Assembly: GCA_964510575.1 (NCBI GenBank)
Contig: CAZECN010000026.1
Span: 1-37,645, forward strand
DNA: 37,645 nt
Origin: an uncultured Bdellovibrionales bacterium
GTDB lineage: Bacteria; Bdellovibrionota_C; UBA2361; SZUA-149; CALKYB01
Direction: 5' to 3'
Part shown: piece by piece, positions 25,389 to 35,330 of the stretch
Numbering within the stretch: position 1 is the first letter of the stretch
How the letters are laid out: every line of letters starts with the position of its first letter
Made by a program: the position numbers and the translations under genes
The notes under the pieces: model-generated
Seen by the model: only the letters and a program-made list of their open reading frames with translations
Databases searched by the model: none
Told to the model about the DNA's origin: nothing

Positions 25389-25517
25389 CGATACGATCTC
25401 TACAATTTGGCTACAGGTAGTTTTAAAAGAACTCACCCTCCCTTCAGGTCTGTCAAAGTCTTGAGCGGGGTCGAGATTTCCCCTATTTTTTAAATAACAA
25501 ACAAAAAAGGTTTTTTA

Positions 25518-26369
25518 ATGAAACAAGACAGTAATCATGACGTACCTGAGTTTCACTATTCTGAAGACAAAAAGATTGATTTTAGAAAAATCAGTCAGCG
25601 ATCAATTAATGAGGATATTTCAAGTCAAACTAGACTTCTGCACTTCGCCTGCATGTTATTTGGTGGAGTTGCCATCGTAGTCTGGCTTGTTAGTTCAGTA
25701 CTTGGAAGTGTTGCTGAGCTATTTGTAGTCTCAAGTAGTGGAAGCTCCAGCTACAGTTCAGTTTTTGCTGGGCTCTTGCAGTCGGCCTTGCGTTCTTTGC
25801 TAGCTCTCGCTGTCGCTATTTTTGTTGGTGGCGCATTCGGTAAGAATTCTCGTCTCGGTGGAAGCCTTCTACATGTACAGGACAATCACCCTGTAATTGT
25901 ACGAAGGTTTGGACGATATGTGGGAACAATCACTGATCCCGGACTGTCCTACGTTTACCCATGGGAAACTTATGCAATTCAGGATTGTAGAATAGGAGCC
26001 TTCCTTGACCCGATTGAAGATGTTGCAAGAACTTTACCCTCAGGCGAGAAAAGATTCGTGATAGCCGACATCACCTTTCAGTATATAGTTTTTGATTCTG
26101 TTCGACTTGAGTCTCTCTGTCAGAATGAGGATGAAATTATCAAATCAGAGACATTTTTACTTTTATCAGAGATTATTAACAAAATGATTCAAAGTGAAAA
26201 AGAAACTATTGGTGAGGAGTTAAGGCAGGAAGCTATAAAAGGGCTTGATCACAGACTGGAACTTTATGGAATCAGGTTTAGTGAATACGAGAGAAAGCCG
26301 GCCATTGTTCTTAATATTGCTCTTTTAACCAGAGAAGAATACGGAGCTACTGCGACTACTCTCACCTGA
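25518..26369 (+). CDS. SPFH/band-7 (stomatin/prohibitin/HflK-like) membrane protein
   Basis: N-terminal TM helices (VAIVVWLVSSVLGSVAELFVV; LLALAVAIFVGGAFG) are followed by the SPFH core VIVRRFGRYVGTITDPGLSYVYPWETYAIQDCRIGAFLDPIED...FVIADITFQYIVFDS, which fits the ..RFG.Y..T..PGL.F..P......VD.R pattern. Confidence 0.5.
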   Translation: MKQDSNHDVPEFHYSEDKKIDFRKISQRSINEDISSQTRLLHFACMLFGGVAIVVWLVSSVLGSVAELFVVSSSGSSSYSSVFAGLLQSALRSLLALAVAIFVGGAFGKNSRLGGSLLHVQDNHPVIVRRFGRYVGTITDPGLSYVYPWETYAIQDCRIGAFLDPIEDVARTLPSGEKRFVIADITFQYIVFDSVRLESLCQNEDEIIKSETFLLLSEIINKMIQSEKETIGEELRQEAIKGLDHRLELYGIRFSEYERKPAIVLNIALLTREEYGATATTLT

Positions 26370-26378
26370 TCTTTACCA

Positions 26379-26420
26379 GGCCCGCCAGAAAATTTGATCC
26401 TGGCGGGCCATTCATTTACT
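26379..26420 (+). terminator. Rho-independent terminator after the SPFH gene
   Basis: GGCCCGCCAG-aaaatttgatc-CTGGCGGGCC is a perfect 10-bp stem, followed by ATTCATTT. Confidence 0.6.
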
Positions 26421-26763
26421 TCGAGAGGTTTTTTATGGTTCTTGGGAAATCTCTATCCTTATCTACTCTACTCTCTGCCCTCGCAATTAGGATTGAGGTC
26501 GAAGCTTACAGGATCTAGTGGCAAGCACTTATAATTCCGACTTCTCTATTTTTAGCAATCCATTTTAAGCGAGTGCAGCATTCCAGATTCCGGGCGCTCA
26601 CCTATACACTGCCTACCTCCACCCTTGATATAAAATTTGAGTGAATGTGAAGTCTCTATATGGGTAGAATTAAAAAATCTGTGTCCAATTCAACAATTAA
26701 CCCTGCTTAATTGGCTAACTGGGCATGTGATGTCGAATACAAGGTTTCCGTTTTCCACCGAAA

Positions 26764-26820
26764 CGAGTACACCTTTCTTTATTCCTCGGAGGAAAGAAGG
26801 GTGTACTCGAGCATTCCTTT
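26764..26820 (+). promoter_or_regulatory. Long leader stem-loop (16/17-bp stem) + U-tract immediately upstream of the 26837 membrane-protein gene. Candidate attenuator / riboswitch expression platform.
   Basis: CGAGTACACCTTTCTTT-attcctcgg-AGGAAAGAAGGGTGTACTCG, then AGCATTCCTTTTTCAG. Seventeen nt separate it from the ATG. A weaker upstream hairpin is GGTTTCCgttttccacCGAAAC. Confidence 0.35.
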
Positions 26821-26836
26821 TTCAGTGGAGAACAAA

Positions 26837-27487
26837 ATGAATATAAATAGTCTAAAAAACTTCCTGGCCATAGCCGCTGCCAGCACCTTAATTTGGGGCC
26901 TGGAGAATAAGCGTCAGTTCTTGATTGACTTCAATCCTGAGCTTATAGGCACTGCTGCAACTTGCTTTTTATGGGGAGCGGTCCTACTAGGAATACCTGC
27001 TGCAATTGATGCAAAAATCGGTCGAGATCAAGGAACAAAACGTTTCGGTTTATTGATTTTGATCCTGCAAATCTTCGTTGCCTTCTCGGCTCTGCTCTCA
27101 GGTTTTGGTCTGATGTTCCATCAGGTTGCCATGGTAGAGTTGATAGTTGCTCTAGGCGTAATTTCATTGCTTGCATCAAGACTGAATCTACTTCCAGGTT
27201 TCAAATGGTTAAACTTATTGTCCCCTAAATACTATAGGCAAGTTTCAAAGGGCGACTACGATGCCACAAACGAAATTATGGTTGGTATAGTCTTCTTGGC
27301 CTTTGGTTATGCCTTGTTAAGATTCCCAGGATGGGGAGACTTTCCCTTACTCTTAGGTTCGATAGTATTGGCACTTTCTGCTGGACGAGAGTTTTCTAAC
27401 CGCCCAGCAGTCTTTCCTGCCGTACTTGCGCTGCTAAACTGTGGTTTTATTGTCTATGGTGTTATTTTTCTGTCTTCACTTTTGTGA
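26837..27487 (+). CDS. Hypothetical polytopic membrane protein (~6 TM)
   Basis: MNINSLKNFLAIAAASTLIWGLE... contains repeated hydrophobic helices. The start is chosen at the first ATG after the leader hairpin; the 26711 TTG in the ORF track lies inside the hairpin. Confidence 0.5.
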   Translation: MNINSLKNFLAIAAASTLIWGLENKRQFLIDFNPELIGTAATCFLWGAVLLGIPAAIDAKIGRDQGTKRFGLLILILQIFVAFSALLSGFGLMFHQVAMVELIVALGVISLLASRLNLLPGFKWLNLLSPKYYRQVSKGDYDATNEIMVGIVFLAFGYALLRFPGWGDFPLLLGSIVLALSAGREFSNRPAVFPAVLALLNCGFIVYGVIFLSSLL

Positions 27488-27504
27488 AGCAGAATGGTCT
27501 GGCA

Positions 27505-27540
27505 AGAGGTTTCTATCTTCAGAGACCTCTTCCACACTTT
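27505..27540 (+). terminator. Stem-loop downstream of membrane-protein gene sharing the GAGACCTCTT motif with the 1091-1162 hairpin
   Basis: AAGAGGT-ttctatcttcagag-ACCTCTT is a 7-bp stem. Confidence 0.25.
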
Positions 27541-27777
27541 ATTCACCAGTCAAAAAGATTTTTCTCGACACGCAACCCAAACTAAAATCCGTTAGTGTCT
27601 TTCACAAGAACTCCTCAGAGCAAGGTCCTATAATATGTTGGCTCAGCTATCTAGAACGGTAGTCATCCTAAAGCCAATCCAATAGTTTAATCTCTTTAAC
27701 TCTATTAAAATTAGGTACTTACGAAAGTAAATTTATTATTTCACAGAACCAGCTCTGAGGAGTTTCTGTTGGGCGCC

Positions 27778-29922
27778 TCACGGGACCGAGAATCGTCGAT
27801 CCTCGACAACAATATCAGACAGACTGGGCCTGAATTCTGATATTGTCCGAGGAGCTCTGGACCTAAGCCATACTGGAACATTTCGGATCCTCATTCCTCT
27901 GATAGAAATATTTCTTGTTCTGTGGTCAGCCTGAATTACAACGGAAGCTCTATCTACGGTGGTATTAATGAAAACATCGTCAGAGGACAATGAGTCTGGA
28001 TCCCCTGCAGAGGCGGCTAGATGACCATTCATATATTCTATGGCAGAGTTATCAACATTTCTGATTGTTGTATTAACAAATCTGTTGCCAAGTGAACCTC
28101 CCTGGCCCTGACCTTGCTCATGTGTGTCAGTAAGAACGATTCCAAAATCAGTCCCTTCAATATGGTTGTTTTCAAATAGATTGGCTCCTGCAGCATCACG
28201 AACAGTGATTCCCCAGCACAAACCATCGCACCTAAGAACGCGACTACCTGAAAGCCCTCCATATATTCTGTTGCCACGATAAACATTGTTTCTTACGCCG
28301 TCGTGCCTGACCATAATTCCTGATCGCATGCCGACAGCGATATTATTCTCAATAAGATTTCGTTCTCCTTCACCTCTTACGTGAAAACCGTGACCTCCAT
28401 GATCTAATCCACCTACCCGCTCAATATAGTTATTCCTAAATATGTTGTCGTATGAATTGAACATGTAAAAATAGTAGTCTGTTGCACTATCATGCCCGGT
28501 ACTATTGTCATCACAGTAAGCTCTATTATTCTCATAGATGCTATCCCGTCCTGAGAGAGTAAATGCTTGAGCTCCAGCATTGACAACTGTGCTGTTGCGG
28601 ACCAGGAAATTTCTGCCAGGACCAGTCATGAATATTCCATGTCCATGATAGAATTGATTCGGGTCTCCCAGACTTACAGCAACTATATTATCAACCGTAT
28701 GGTTCGATCCTGAGCCCATAACACCATTTCTAAATCTAGTGACCTGAAAATTTTTGACAGCGACAAATCTTCCTTCGATTCGAATTCCAGTACTGCCGTT
28801 TGAGCGTGAGCCACCATCCAGGAGAGGCATAAGATTTGGATTGATACTCGAGGTATGGTCAAATTCGCCGTAAAAAGGAGAGTCTCCGGGAGTGTTGCGG
28901 TACCCCTCAAGGATAATAGGTGATCCAGCTGAGCCACTACCTGCCAAAGTCAGCCGTCTGTTACCATAGTTCCCGGCTTTAACATAAATAGTTGTGCCAG
29001 GTCGGGCTGAATCAAACGCTCTTTGAATATCTCCCATTGGACTATCCACTGAGCCTCCATTACCTCTTCCTCCAACTTCTACATAAATTGTCCCGCCGCT
29101 CCGGGTAATCGTGCCAGCGCCTACGCCCTCTTGCTCTGGACCCCTTGTTGTCCTGGTCGTAGTGCTGATGCTGGTGCCGGTGCTTGGGCTTGGATCAGGT
29201 GTCTGAGTTTGTACCGGTTGAGCTGGACTGTCTGCACGATGAGTAAAAGTAAATATCTGAGATTCCAGTTCAAAGTCCTCGCCTCCAATAACTCGATAGA
29301 AATACTCTTGCCCGTCCTGCAAATTTGAAAGTGTCTGTCTATGATCAGCATAACGAGAGCTTCTTTCAATTGAGCCTTGTTGATCCAGATTGTCCCCAGA
29401 AGTGCCAAAAGCAATAACAGCTGGACCTCTTTCCGGAAGGGAAAAAGAAATTCTGGCGGAGGTTTGGTTAGAATCGCTGACACTAGGTTCTCCGCGCAAA
29501 GTCAGAGTAGGAGATGATTCCGGCTCTTCATAAAGAGCCGCTGCAGTACTTCCGTCAGCTCCAGGGTGAGTAAAAAAGTAGGTGTCAGACGAAAGTTCAA
29601 AATCATCTCCAGCTATTACCTGAAAGTAGTATGTTTGTCCTCTGACAAGATTGGAGAGGATTTGATTATGTCGGGCAAAGCGAGAGTTTCTTTCTACCGA
29701 GCCTTGCAGATCAAGATCGTCAGGAGTTGTTCCGATAGCCACGTATGCTGGGCCTGCCTCAGGTAACTCAAAAAGGATACTTGCCTGAGTTTCCATGAAA
29801 GAGTGAAGATTAGGTCGAAATAGAATCTCGGCAGAGCCCTGAGATTGAGCACTGGAGATGCTTGAAATAAAGAGGATTGAAAAAAGAAATGAAAGATAGT
29901 TTTTGAAGGAGAATGGAGACAT
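27778..29922 (-). CDS. Secreted right-handed parallel beta-helix (pectin-lyase-fold, PbH1 repeats) protein with two N-terminal FN3-like domains
   Basis: Signal peptide MSPFSFKNYLSFLFSILFISSISSAQS. Two repeated ~95-aa FN3-like modules (LSNLVRGQTYYFQVIAGDDFELSSDTYFFTHPGADGS and LSNLQDGQEYFYRVIGGEDFELESQIFTFTHRADS). The C-terminal region carries beta-helix repeats (NNHIEGTDFGIVLTD, NNIAVGMRSGIMVRHDG, YRGNRIYGGLSGS, NTTIRNVDNSAIEY). Confidence 0.7.
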   Translation of the reverse strand: MSPFSFKNYLSFLFSILFISSISSAQSQGSAEILFRPNLHSFMETQASILFELPEAGPAYVAIGTTPDDLDLQGSVERNSRFARHNQILSNLVRGQTYYFQVIAGDDFELSSDTYFFTHPGADGSTAAALYEEPESSPTLTLRGEPSVSDSNQTSARISFSLPERGPAVIAFGTSGDNLDQQGSIERSSRYADHRQTLSNLQDGQEYFYRVIGGEDFELESQIFTFTHRADSPAQPVQTQTPDPSPSTGTSISTTTRTTRGPEQEGVGAGTITRSGGTIYVEVGGRGNGGSVDSPMGDIQRAFDSARPGTTIYVKAGNYGNRRLTLAGSGSAGSPIILEGYRNTPGDSPFYGEFDHTSSINPNLMPLLDGGSRSNGSTGIRIEGRFVAVKNFQVTRFRNGVMGSGSNHTVDNIVAVSLGDPNQFYHGHGIFMTGPGRNFLVRNSTVVNAGAQAFTLSGRDSIYENNRAYCDDNSTGHDSATDYYFYMFNSYDNIFRNNYIERVGGLDHGGHGFHVRGEGERNLIENNIAVGMRSGIMVRHDGVRNNVYRGNRIYGGLSGSRVLRCDGLCWGITVRDAAGANLFENNHIEGTDFGIVLTDTHEQGQGQGGSLGNRFVNTTIRNVDNSAIEYMNGHLAASAGDPDSLSSDDVFINTTVDRASVVIQADHRTRNISIRGMRIRNVPVWLRSRAPRTISEFRPSLSDIVVEDRRFSVP

Positions 29923-30527
29923 AAAACCTCAGCTAAAAGTAAACCTATTTGCAAGCTTTTAGTAGCTCAAGAACTATTGTGCAGTTTAGATGAAAAAAGG
30001 TGTAAAAAAGTTACAGCAAGCTTCTTGAGTTCCGAGTTCCTGTCGCCCCCCTACTCCGTCACACGGACCAGTTGCTAGTCAGAGGGATAAGGTTCGCAAT
30101 ATTTCAGGTAGTTAGCCGAATAATTTCAGACCTATTCAGTAGATTACATCTGGAAAAGTAGAGGGGTGACAAGTCTAGACGGGTCAGCTTTCTTAGTTCT
30201 TCTTTTCAACAATCTCCGATTCAGAAACAACTGTATAGTATTCAAGTGGGGCTCCAAAGCCACAACTAATGGACTCTAACTCTAGCCAACACCTATCCCT
30301 GAAAGTTTTCTCACAACAAGTCTGGACGGTTAACACAATTTTTTTACAATTCTAGCATAATTTTAATACCAAAACCTAAAGATCTTCTCCTAATCACCCG
30401 AAGATAAGGAAAGAAAAGGTTTAACCGCTATACCCTCACTATCTCTGATTTTTATTGTAAATCGCTGTGGAGTAGAGCCAGTTCAAGTAAATTTTAGAAA
30501 GTTAACAATTTTTTTAGTTTAGGCATT

Positions 30528-31055
30528 GTGAAATCAGAACTAGTAAGTACAGACCAGATCCATAAGGTAGACCCTGAGCGTGGTGCCACCATCGTAGAGT
30601 TTGCTCTATCAATTGGACTCTTCTTAATACTTTTAAGTTTTGCGCTTGAGGGAGGAATAGCAATGTGGCGCTATTCGATGCTGACTGATAGCCTTAATCT
30701 GGTAGCAGTAGATCGTGCAATTCATCTGGAAAAAGCCGAAGGTTTAGGACAAACGGCAGCTGGCTGCGGCACCTGCGGGCAACTCCAGTTATGTGCCGAG
30801 AATACTCTTAACTCATATTTTCAGAACTCGATGGCACAATCCATACCCGTTAGCGTTACCATAGCCGATCCTCAACCCTTCGTCACGGCAGCTGCAAACA
30901 TGATCACACTCAATGCAAGCTGGGAAACTCCTTGTTTTTTCTGTTCTCTTCTCGGCTGGAATAATTTTCAAATAACAGCCGCATCTACAGTTTCAATAGA
31001 GCAAAGCCAGAATATCGCCTGGCAAAGATGTCCAAATGAGTATGCCCTGCCCTGA
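30528..31055 (+). CDS. TadE-like Flp-pilus-assembly pseudopilin
   Basis: N-terminus KVDPERGATIVEFALSIGLFLILLSFALEGGIAMWRY, i.e. a TadE-type prepilin-like ERG/A..VEFAL motif plus TM helix. GTG start. Confidence 0.6.
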   Translation: MKSELVSTDQIHKVDPERGATIVEFALSIGLFLILLSFALEGGIAMWRYSMLTDSLNLVAVDRAIHLEKAEGLGQTAAGCGTCGQLQLCAENTLNSYFQNSMAQSIPVSVTIADPQPFVTAAANMITLNASWETPCFFCSLLGWNNFQITAASTVSIEQSQNIAWQRCPNEYALP

Positions 31056-31191
31056 TAAGTTTACGTTTACATAACTGTAGGGGCTCTTACATATAAGTAA
31101 TAGGAATAAACAGTATTTTTCAAAAAAAAACAAAAATTTTATACATACGCTTACAGTTTTAGATTACTATACAAAAGGATTTAGCGGTTTT

Positions 31192-31914
31192 ATGTCAGTT
31201 TTTTTCAACAATGTTTTTTTTATATTCAAAAGGCAGCTATCAGCTACCAGCCTTCTCTCGTTCTCCAATTCTACCTCCGGTAACATTGATTCTTTAAAGA
31301 CATCAGTAATAAATCATCCTCTCGATGAGCGCGGAGTGAGCATGATAGAGCTGGCAATTTCACTTCCACTTATCATGATTTTAATTACAGGAATTATTGA
31401 TTATGGATATGGAATGCAAACCTTAAACAATATTTCTGCCGCTACACGGGCTGGTGTTCGCGCTGGATCAAAAGCATCTGAATTGACGTCAGACATCAAC
31501 TTAAATCGAAATCCTGCCAGGGCTTGTGGAATCAATAATGGTCACACACCCCTTACTTGCAATCCCTCGATGATTGCCCCACCAACCAATCCACAACAAG
31601 AAACAATTGCAGATGCTGTAATGAGAGCAACCTGCTCTTATCTTGATCAATGGAACCTGGAAGATTTCGTAGTCAGAATGAGACTAGAAGAAATACCTGG
31701 CACCGAGAGAGCATATGATATCGCTTTCACTGGCAACGACCCAACTGCGGTAACTCTCAATGCCTTAAAAAAATTAACTGTCGAAGTTCTCAAAGATCCA
31801 AATCAGTCCGATGCAGGCCTTTGCATTGTCTGTATCGACTCATTTGTTCCTGCTCTTCGTTGGGAGAACATTCGGGCTAAAAACACAACAGTCATGCCTG
31901 GAGATTGCATCTAA
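31192..31914 (+). CDS. TadE/TadF-like pseudopilin
   Basis: PLDERGVSMIELAISLPLIMILITGIIDYGYGM is the same ERG + hydrophobic helix signature as the previous gene. The true start may be the GTG/ATG near 31336-31342 rather than 31192. Confidence 0.55.
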   Translation: MSVFFNNVFFIFKRQLSATSLLSFSNSTSGNIDSLKTSVINHPLDERGVSMIELAISLPLIMILITGIIDYGYGMQTLNNISAATRAGVRAGSKASELTSDINLNRNPARACGINNGHTPLTCNPSMIAPPTNPQQETIADAVMRATCSYLDQWNLEDFVVRMRLEEIPGTERAYDIAFTGNDPTAVTLNALKKLTVEVLKDPNQSDAGLCIVCIDSFVPALRWENIRAKNTTVMPGDCI

Positions 31915-31971
31915 AATCTCATTTCAGAAAAAATACAATCAAAGATTTAACAATTATAGAAAGCTTTAATT

Positions 31972-34900
31972 ATGCAAAACTTCAGAACTAAACAAATAAG
32001 ACCTGATCTGGCAAAGGACTCAAGAGGAGCAATTGTTCCTCTCCTCGCACTGGCTCTGATAACAATAATAGGGGCAGCTGCTCTTTCAGTAGACCAGGGT
32101 CGCTCCTTGATGACACACAGAGAAGTAGAAAATTTATCTGACTCCCTTGCCCTTAGCTCTGTCATTGGACTCGATGGAACGGTTGAGGGAATTGGGCGTA
32201 CTACAACCCTCTTCGACGCTGCAATTAGGTCAGGTGCAAGCGGAGCAGATGGGCAGATAATACACACTGGAGATTTTAATGTCTCCTCAAGCGATGGCAC
32301 CACCTATAGCAGTGGTGACGTAACAATTAGAAAAGAAATTGGGTTTTACGGCTACACTGCTGGCCCAGACCAGCCTGGCGTATTCACTGTTTTCAGCTCA
32401 GCTGGAACCGGCATGAATAGCAATTCATTTGAACTTCCTGAATATTTTGTTGCCAACGCAGTAAGAGTGACTGTAGAAGTTCGAGATATTTCAAACCCAT
32501 TTCGCCAAACTCTTCAAAACATGCTTGGGATCGGTGCCAATAATACCAGCTCAACAGTGCTGGGCCGAGCTATTGCACTTAGAGATCACAATCTTGAAGT
32601 ACCAGTAGCTCCAATCGCAATTCCAGCCTGCGAGTTTTTTCAAAATCACGATCCATTAGATCCGGTGCGATATTCAGAGGGCGGTGCAATTGGTTTAACG
32701 GTAGATCCCGATGCCTTGAACGGCACAAGCAGTGGACCTCCCCCAATAAGCGACCCTTCAGTTCTAACTACAAACCGTTACTTTGAGAATATGACAACTC
32801 TTAAAGATCAGCTTGAAAGTCAGTGTGGTAGGGAGATTGTTGCAAGAGAGCCTGAGCCAAATAAAAGAGGCTATGACGTCGCTGACCTGGGAGGTCAACA
32901 GAGAATGGACGGTATTCTGCGAGCAGAATCCTACCCAAGACCTCCTATCGCTAACTTTAACGGAGCACCAAATGAGTGTTACCGAGAAAGAAACGATGGA
33001 TCAAATGTACGAGGCTGGCAGCCAAACTGTAAGGCTAGTCCAATAGGAGCGATACTCGGAGTTCCTGCTGGGGGCAATCCTCTCTTCACTACAACCCCCC
33101 GCGCACAGGTGAGTGATTTAATTACAGCTATAACCAATAGTCGCAACTCAGGAACCAGTGGAGTAAGGGCTAAAATTGGCACTCGATTTAAACCAATTGA
33201 TGGCTCAAGTTATCTCGGGAATTCCAGCCTCCAAAACGCTTTGATAACAGCGATCAACAGTGGTGTCTCTACTCGCCATGGCGCTGAATTCAATAACAGA
33301 CTTGCAACTATTGGATCCGAATTTTACAGAAACGGCCAGCCTGACTTGAACTTTCCATTCAGAAAAAATCTCTGGGTAGGCCATGGAGACTTCATCGATC
33401 CCTGGGGAGAAATGAGACTTCCTTTTGTTGGAATTGATCCCTTTGGAGGGACAGGAGAAGAAATGACTCTATCCCTTCTGATGGCCAGTGCCCATGACCA
33501 TCAAGCAAATCTTGCCTCGACAGGCCTGTTGGCTCCCGGGGGCAGCTCGCTGACCAGTCACCCCGATACCGGCACAACTCCAGATGATACAACCACAGTT
33601 AATACCCAACGTTACGTTAACCCAATGTGCCATACCCCGGGTGTCGGTGGAACCAAGTATGACACTTCAGAAGCACCTGTCTGGCCAGCCTATGCGATGC
33701 TGATTGCTCCAAGCAATAGCAATGGCCTGGGATACTGTGATTTTGGTGCTTCTATCAATGACGCCTCTACCGACAATACAATTCCAACCTCTACTACTGC
33801 ACCAATAGTTGTAGGATTTCTAAAAATAAATCTATTTGATTTCAGAATTAACGATTATTCGGACCCGTCGAGTACCCAGTGGTTGCCTGCTTCAGATCTT
33901 TCAGACGGCATAGCTGACAGAAACGACTGGGCTCTGGATATTTACTCTTCTCTGCCAGACTTTGCTTCCCTGCTATATTCCCAGCAGGCTCAAGGCCAAA
34001 ACACTCTGGACTGCTCTTTGGTTCAAGGGAACGCCTGTAGTGTATGCAACAGCGGAGGGCCAGTTCCCTGTCCCCCTAGCACTACTACTGCATGTACTGA
34101 CCTCAATGCTAATCCCCCCGACTGTAGTAATAATTCCCAAGGTAACGCTGAGCCTAGCCCCTTCCAGGCAGGCGCTAGTGGTATTGCGCCTTGGATAGAT
34201 GATTGTTTTGGAAACACTGCAGACGCATTAAGACAGTTAGCAGCAGATTTTGCCGACAATCAAGCCCTCCACTGTGGCGAAGTTTGTGGTGGAGTATACA
34301 TGCCCAACTCGGTAATCCAGGACATGTGGGCCAACCAGGACAATTTTTATGTTCAAATGATGCAAAACGCGGATGGAAGTTTTAACCAAACAGGATATCA
34401 GGAGTTCGTTGTTAATCAGCATTCCGACTCAGGTGACTACAGCTGGGTTGGTTTTGATACTGATTGCATGACTAGCATGATCAATGGCAGTTTTGATGGT
34501 CTTGGCTGTATCAATGGTCACGCCGAAACCCCCACTCCGCCAAGAGGGTCATACTCATGCGATGATGTTTGTCTAACGGCAGTAGCTTATCAAGAATACT
34601 GCTTTAGCGCTGGAATCTTTCGTAACACAGATTTTTGTATTAACTGGCCAACGAATGCAACTGATGATTGTATGGTTCAGTGCCAGGGTGGGCAAAGTGG
34701 AAACAACTCACTTGCCGCCAGAAGTGGTCAATACAGTGACGTTTTAAATCAACTCAACGCTCTGGACTACGCTGACCAGCAGGGACAGGCTTACGCCACT
34801 CTTCCCTTCGACCCTGATTCAAATGGAGCAGACGACGTACTCCAAACCTACGAGGACCTTGAATCAAATCATGGTGCGACTCAGGTTTGTCTTCCAAGAT

Positions 34901-35070
34901 TATATAATGACGCTAATGATATTGACACAGCCGCTGCCTGGGAGATTCCTACTCCAAGACAAGCTGGCTCAGGCTGCAGTGGGGTCAGACTTAGAATGAG
35001 CTGTGAAATGAACTCTTTGTCATTTGGACAGCCATTTGATCAGTTAAAACCGGCAATTGTTGGAAAATAA
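31972..35070 (+). CDS. TadG-like (TadE/G family) giant minor-pilin/adhesin candidate, 1032 aa, Cys-rich C-terminal region
   Basis: N-terminus DSRGAIVPLLALALITIIGAAALSVDQGRSLMTHREVENLSDSLAL matches the TadG N-terminal pattern (G.VAV..AL.LP.L....G.AVD..R). The remainder is Gly/Asn/Thr-rich. There are more than 25 Cys in the last ~400 aa (CSLVQGNACSVCNSGGPVPCPP..., HCGEVCGG..., CDDVCLTAVAYQEYCF...). Confidence 0.55.
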   Translation: MQNFRTKQIRPDLAKDSRGAIVPLLALALITIIGAAALSVDQGRSLMTHREVENLSDSLALSSVIGLDGTVEGIGRTTTLFDAAIRSGASGADGQIIHTGDFNVSSSDGTTYSSGDVTIRKEIGFYGYTAGPDQPGVFTVFSSAGTGMNSNSFELPEYFVANAVRVTVEVRDISNPFRQTLQNMLGIGANNTSSTVLGRAIALRDHNLEVPVAPIAIPACEFFQNHDPLDPVRYSEGGAIGLTVDPDALNGTSSGPPPISDPSVLTTNRYFENMTTLKDQLESQCGREIVAREPEPNKRGYDVADLGGQQRMDGILRAESYPRPPIANFNGAPNECYRERNDGSNVRGWQPNCKASPIGAILGVPAGGNPLFTTTPRAQVSDLITAITNSRNSGTSGVRAKIGTRFKPIDGSSYLGNSSLQNALITAINSGVSTRHGAEFNNRLATIGSEFYRNGQPDLNFPFRKNLWVGHGDFIDPWGEMRLPFVGIDPFGGTGEEMTLSLLMASAHDHQANLASTGLLAPGGSSLTSHPDTGTTPDDTTTVNTQRYVNPMCHTPGVGGTKYDTSEAPVWPAYAMLIAPSNSNGLGYCDFGASINDASTDNTIPTSTTAPIVVGFLKINLFDFRINDYSDPSSTQWLPASDLSDGIADRNDWALDIYSSLPDFASLLYSQQAQGQNTLDCSLVQGNACSVCNSGGPVPCPPSTTTACTDLNANPPDCSNNSQGNAEPSPFQAGASGIAPWIDDCFGNTADALRQLAADFADNQALHCGEVCGGVYMPNSVIQDMWANQDNFYVQMMQNADGSFNQTGYQEFVVNQHSDSGDYSWVGFDTDCMTSMINGSFDGLGCINGHAETPTPPRGSYSCDDVCLTAVAYQEYCFSAGIFRNTDFCINWPTNATDDCMVQCQGGQSGNNSLAARSGQYSDVLNQLNALDYADQQGQAYATLPFDPDSNGADDVLQTYEDLESNHGATQVCLPRLYNDANDIDTAAAWEIPTPRQAGSGCSGVRLRMSCEMNSLSFGQPFDQLKPAIVGK

Positions 35071-35117
35071 TCTAACTATATAATAATGTTAGCTATATTT
35101 TCTCAATATTAAAGTAG

Positions 35118-35131
35118 AAGTGTTAACACTT
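35118..35131. promoter_or_regulatory. 14-bp perfect palindrome AAGTGTTAACACTT
   Basis: Read directly from the sequence. It lies 48 bp downstream of the TadG-like stop. Confidence 0.25.
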
Positions 35132-35330
35132 TTCCCAACATATGACATAATATTCCCAGATCGACGATTAATAGTTTCGAACTGTCCTCTGTTTTTGCGA
35201 ACAGCTTGAGTAAAAATCCAGGCAGTTTTAAAAACACTACTCTCGCAAATTTGCCGCTGTATCTGCAATTTCAAATTCGAGACTAGCCGCTCTTTAAATA
35301 TCCCTAGCTGAGAAGTATAAAAATTTCAGG

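Noticed and set aside
26637-26840. 67-aa plus-strand ORF (MSECEVSIWVELKNLC...)
   Set aside because: It spans the leader hairpins and terminates inside the next gene's start region. It is more plausibly non-coding leader RNA.
31947-32303. Minus-strand 118-aa ORF overlapping the TadG-like gene start
   Set aside because: It is antisense to a well-supported gene start and has no RBS or features.
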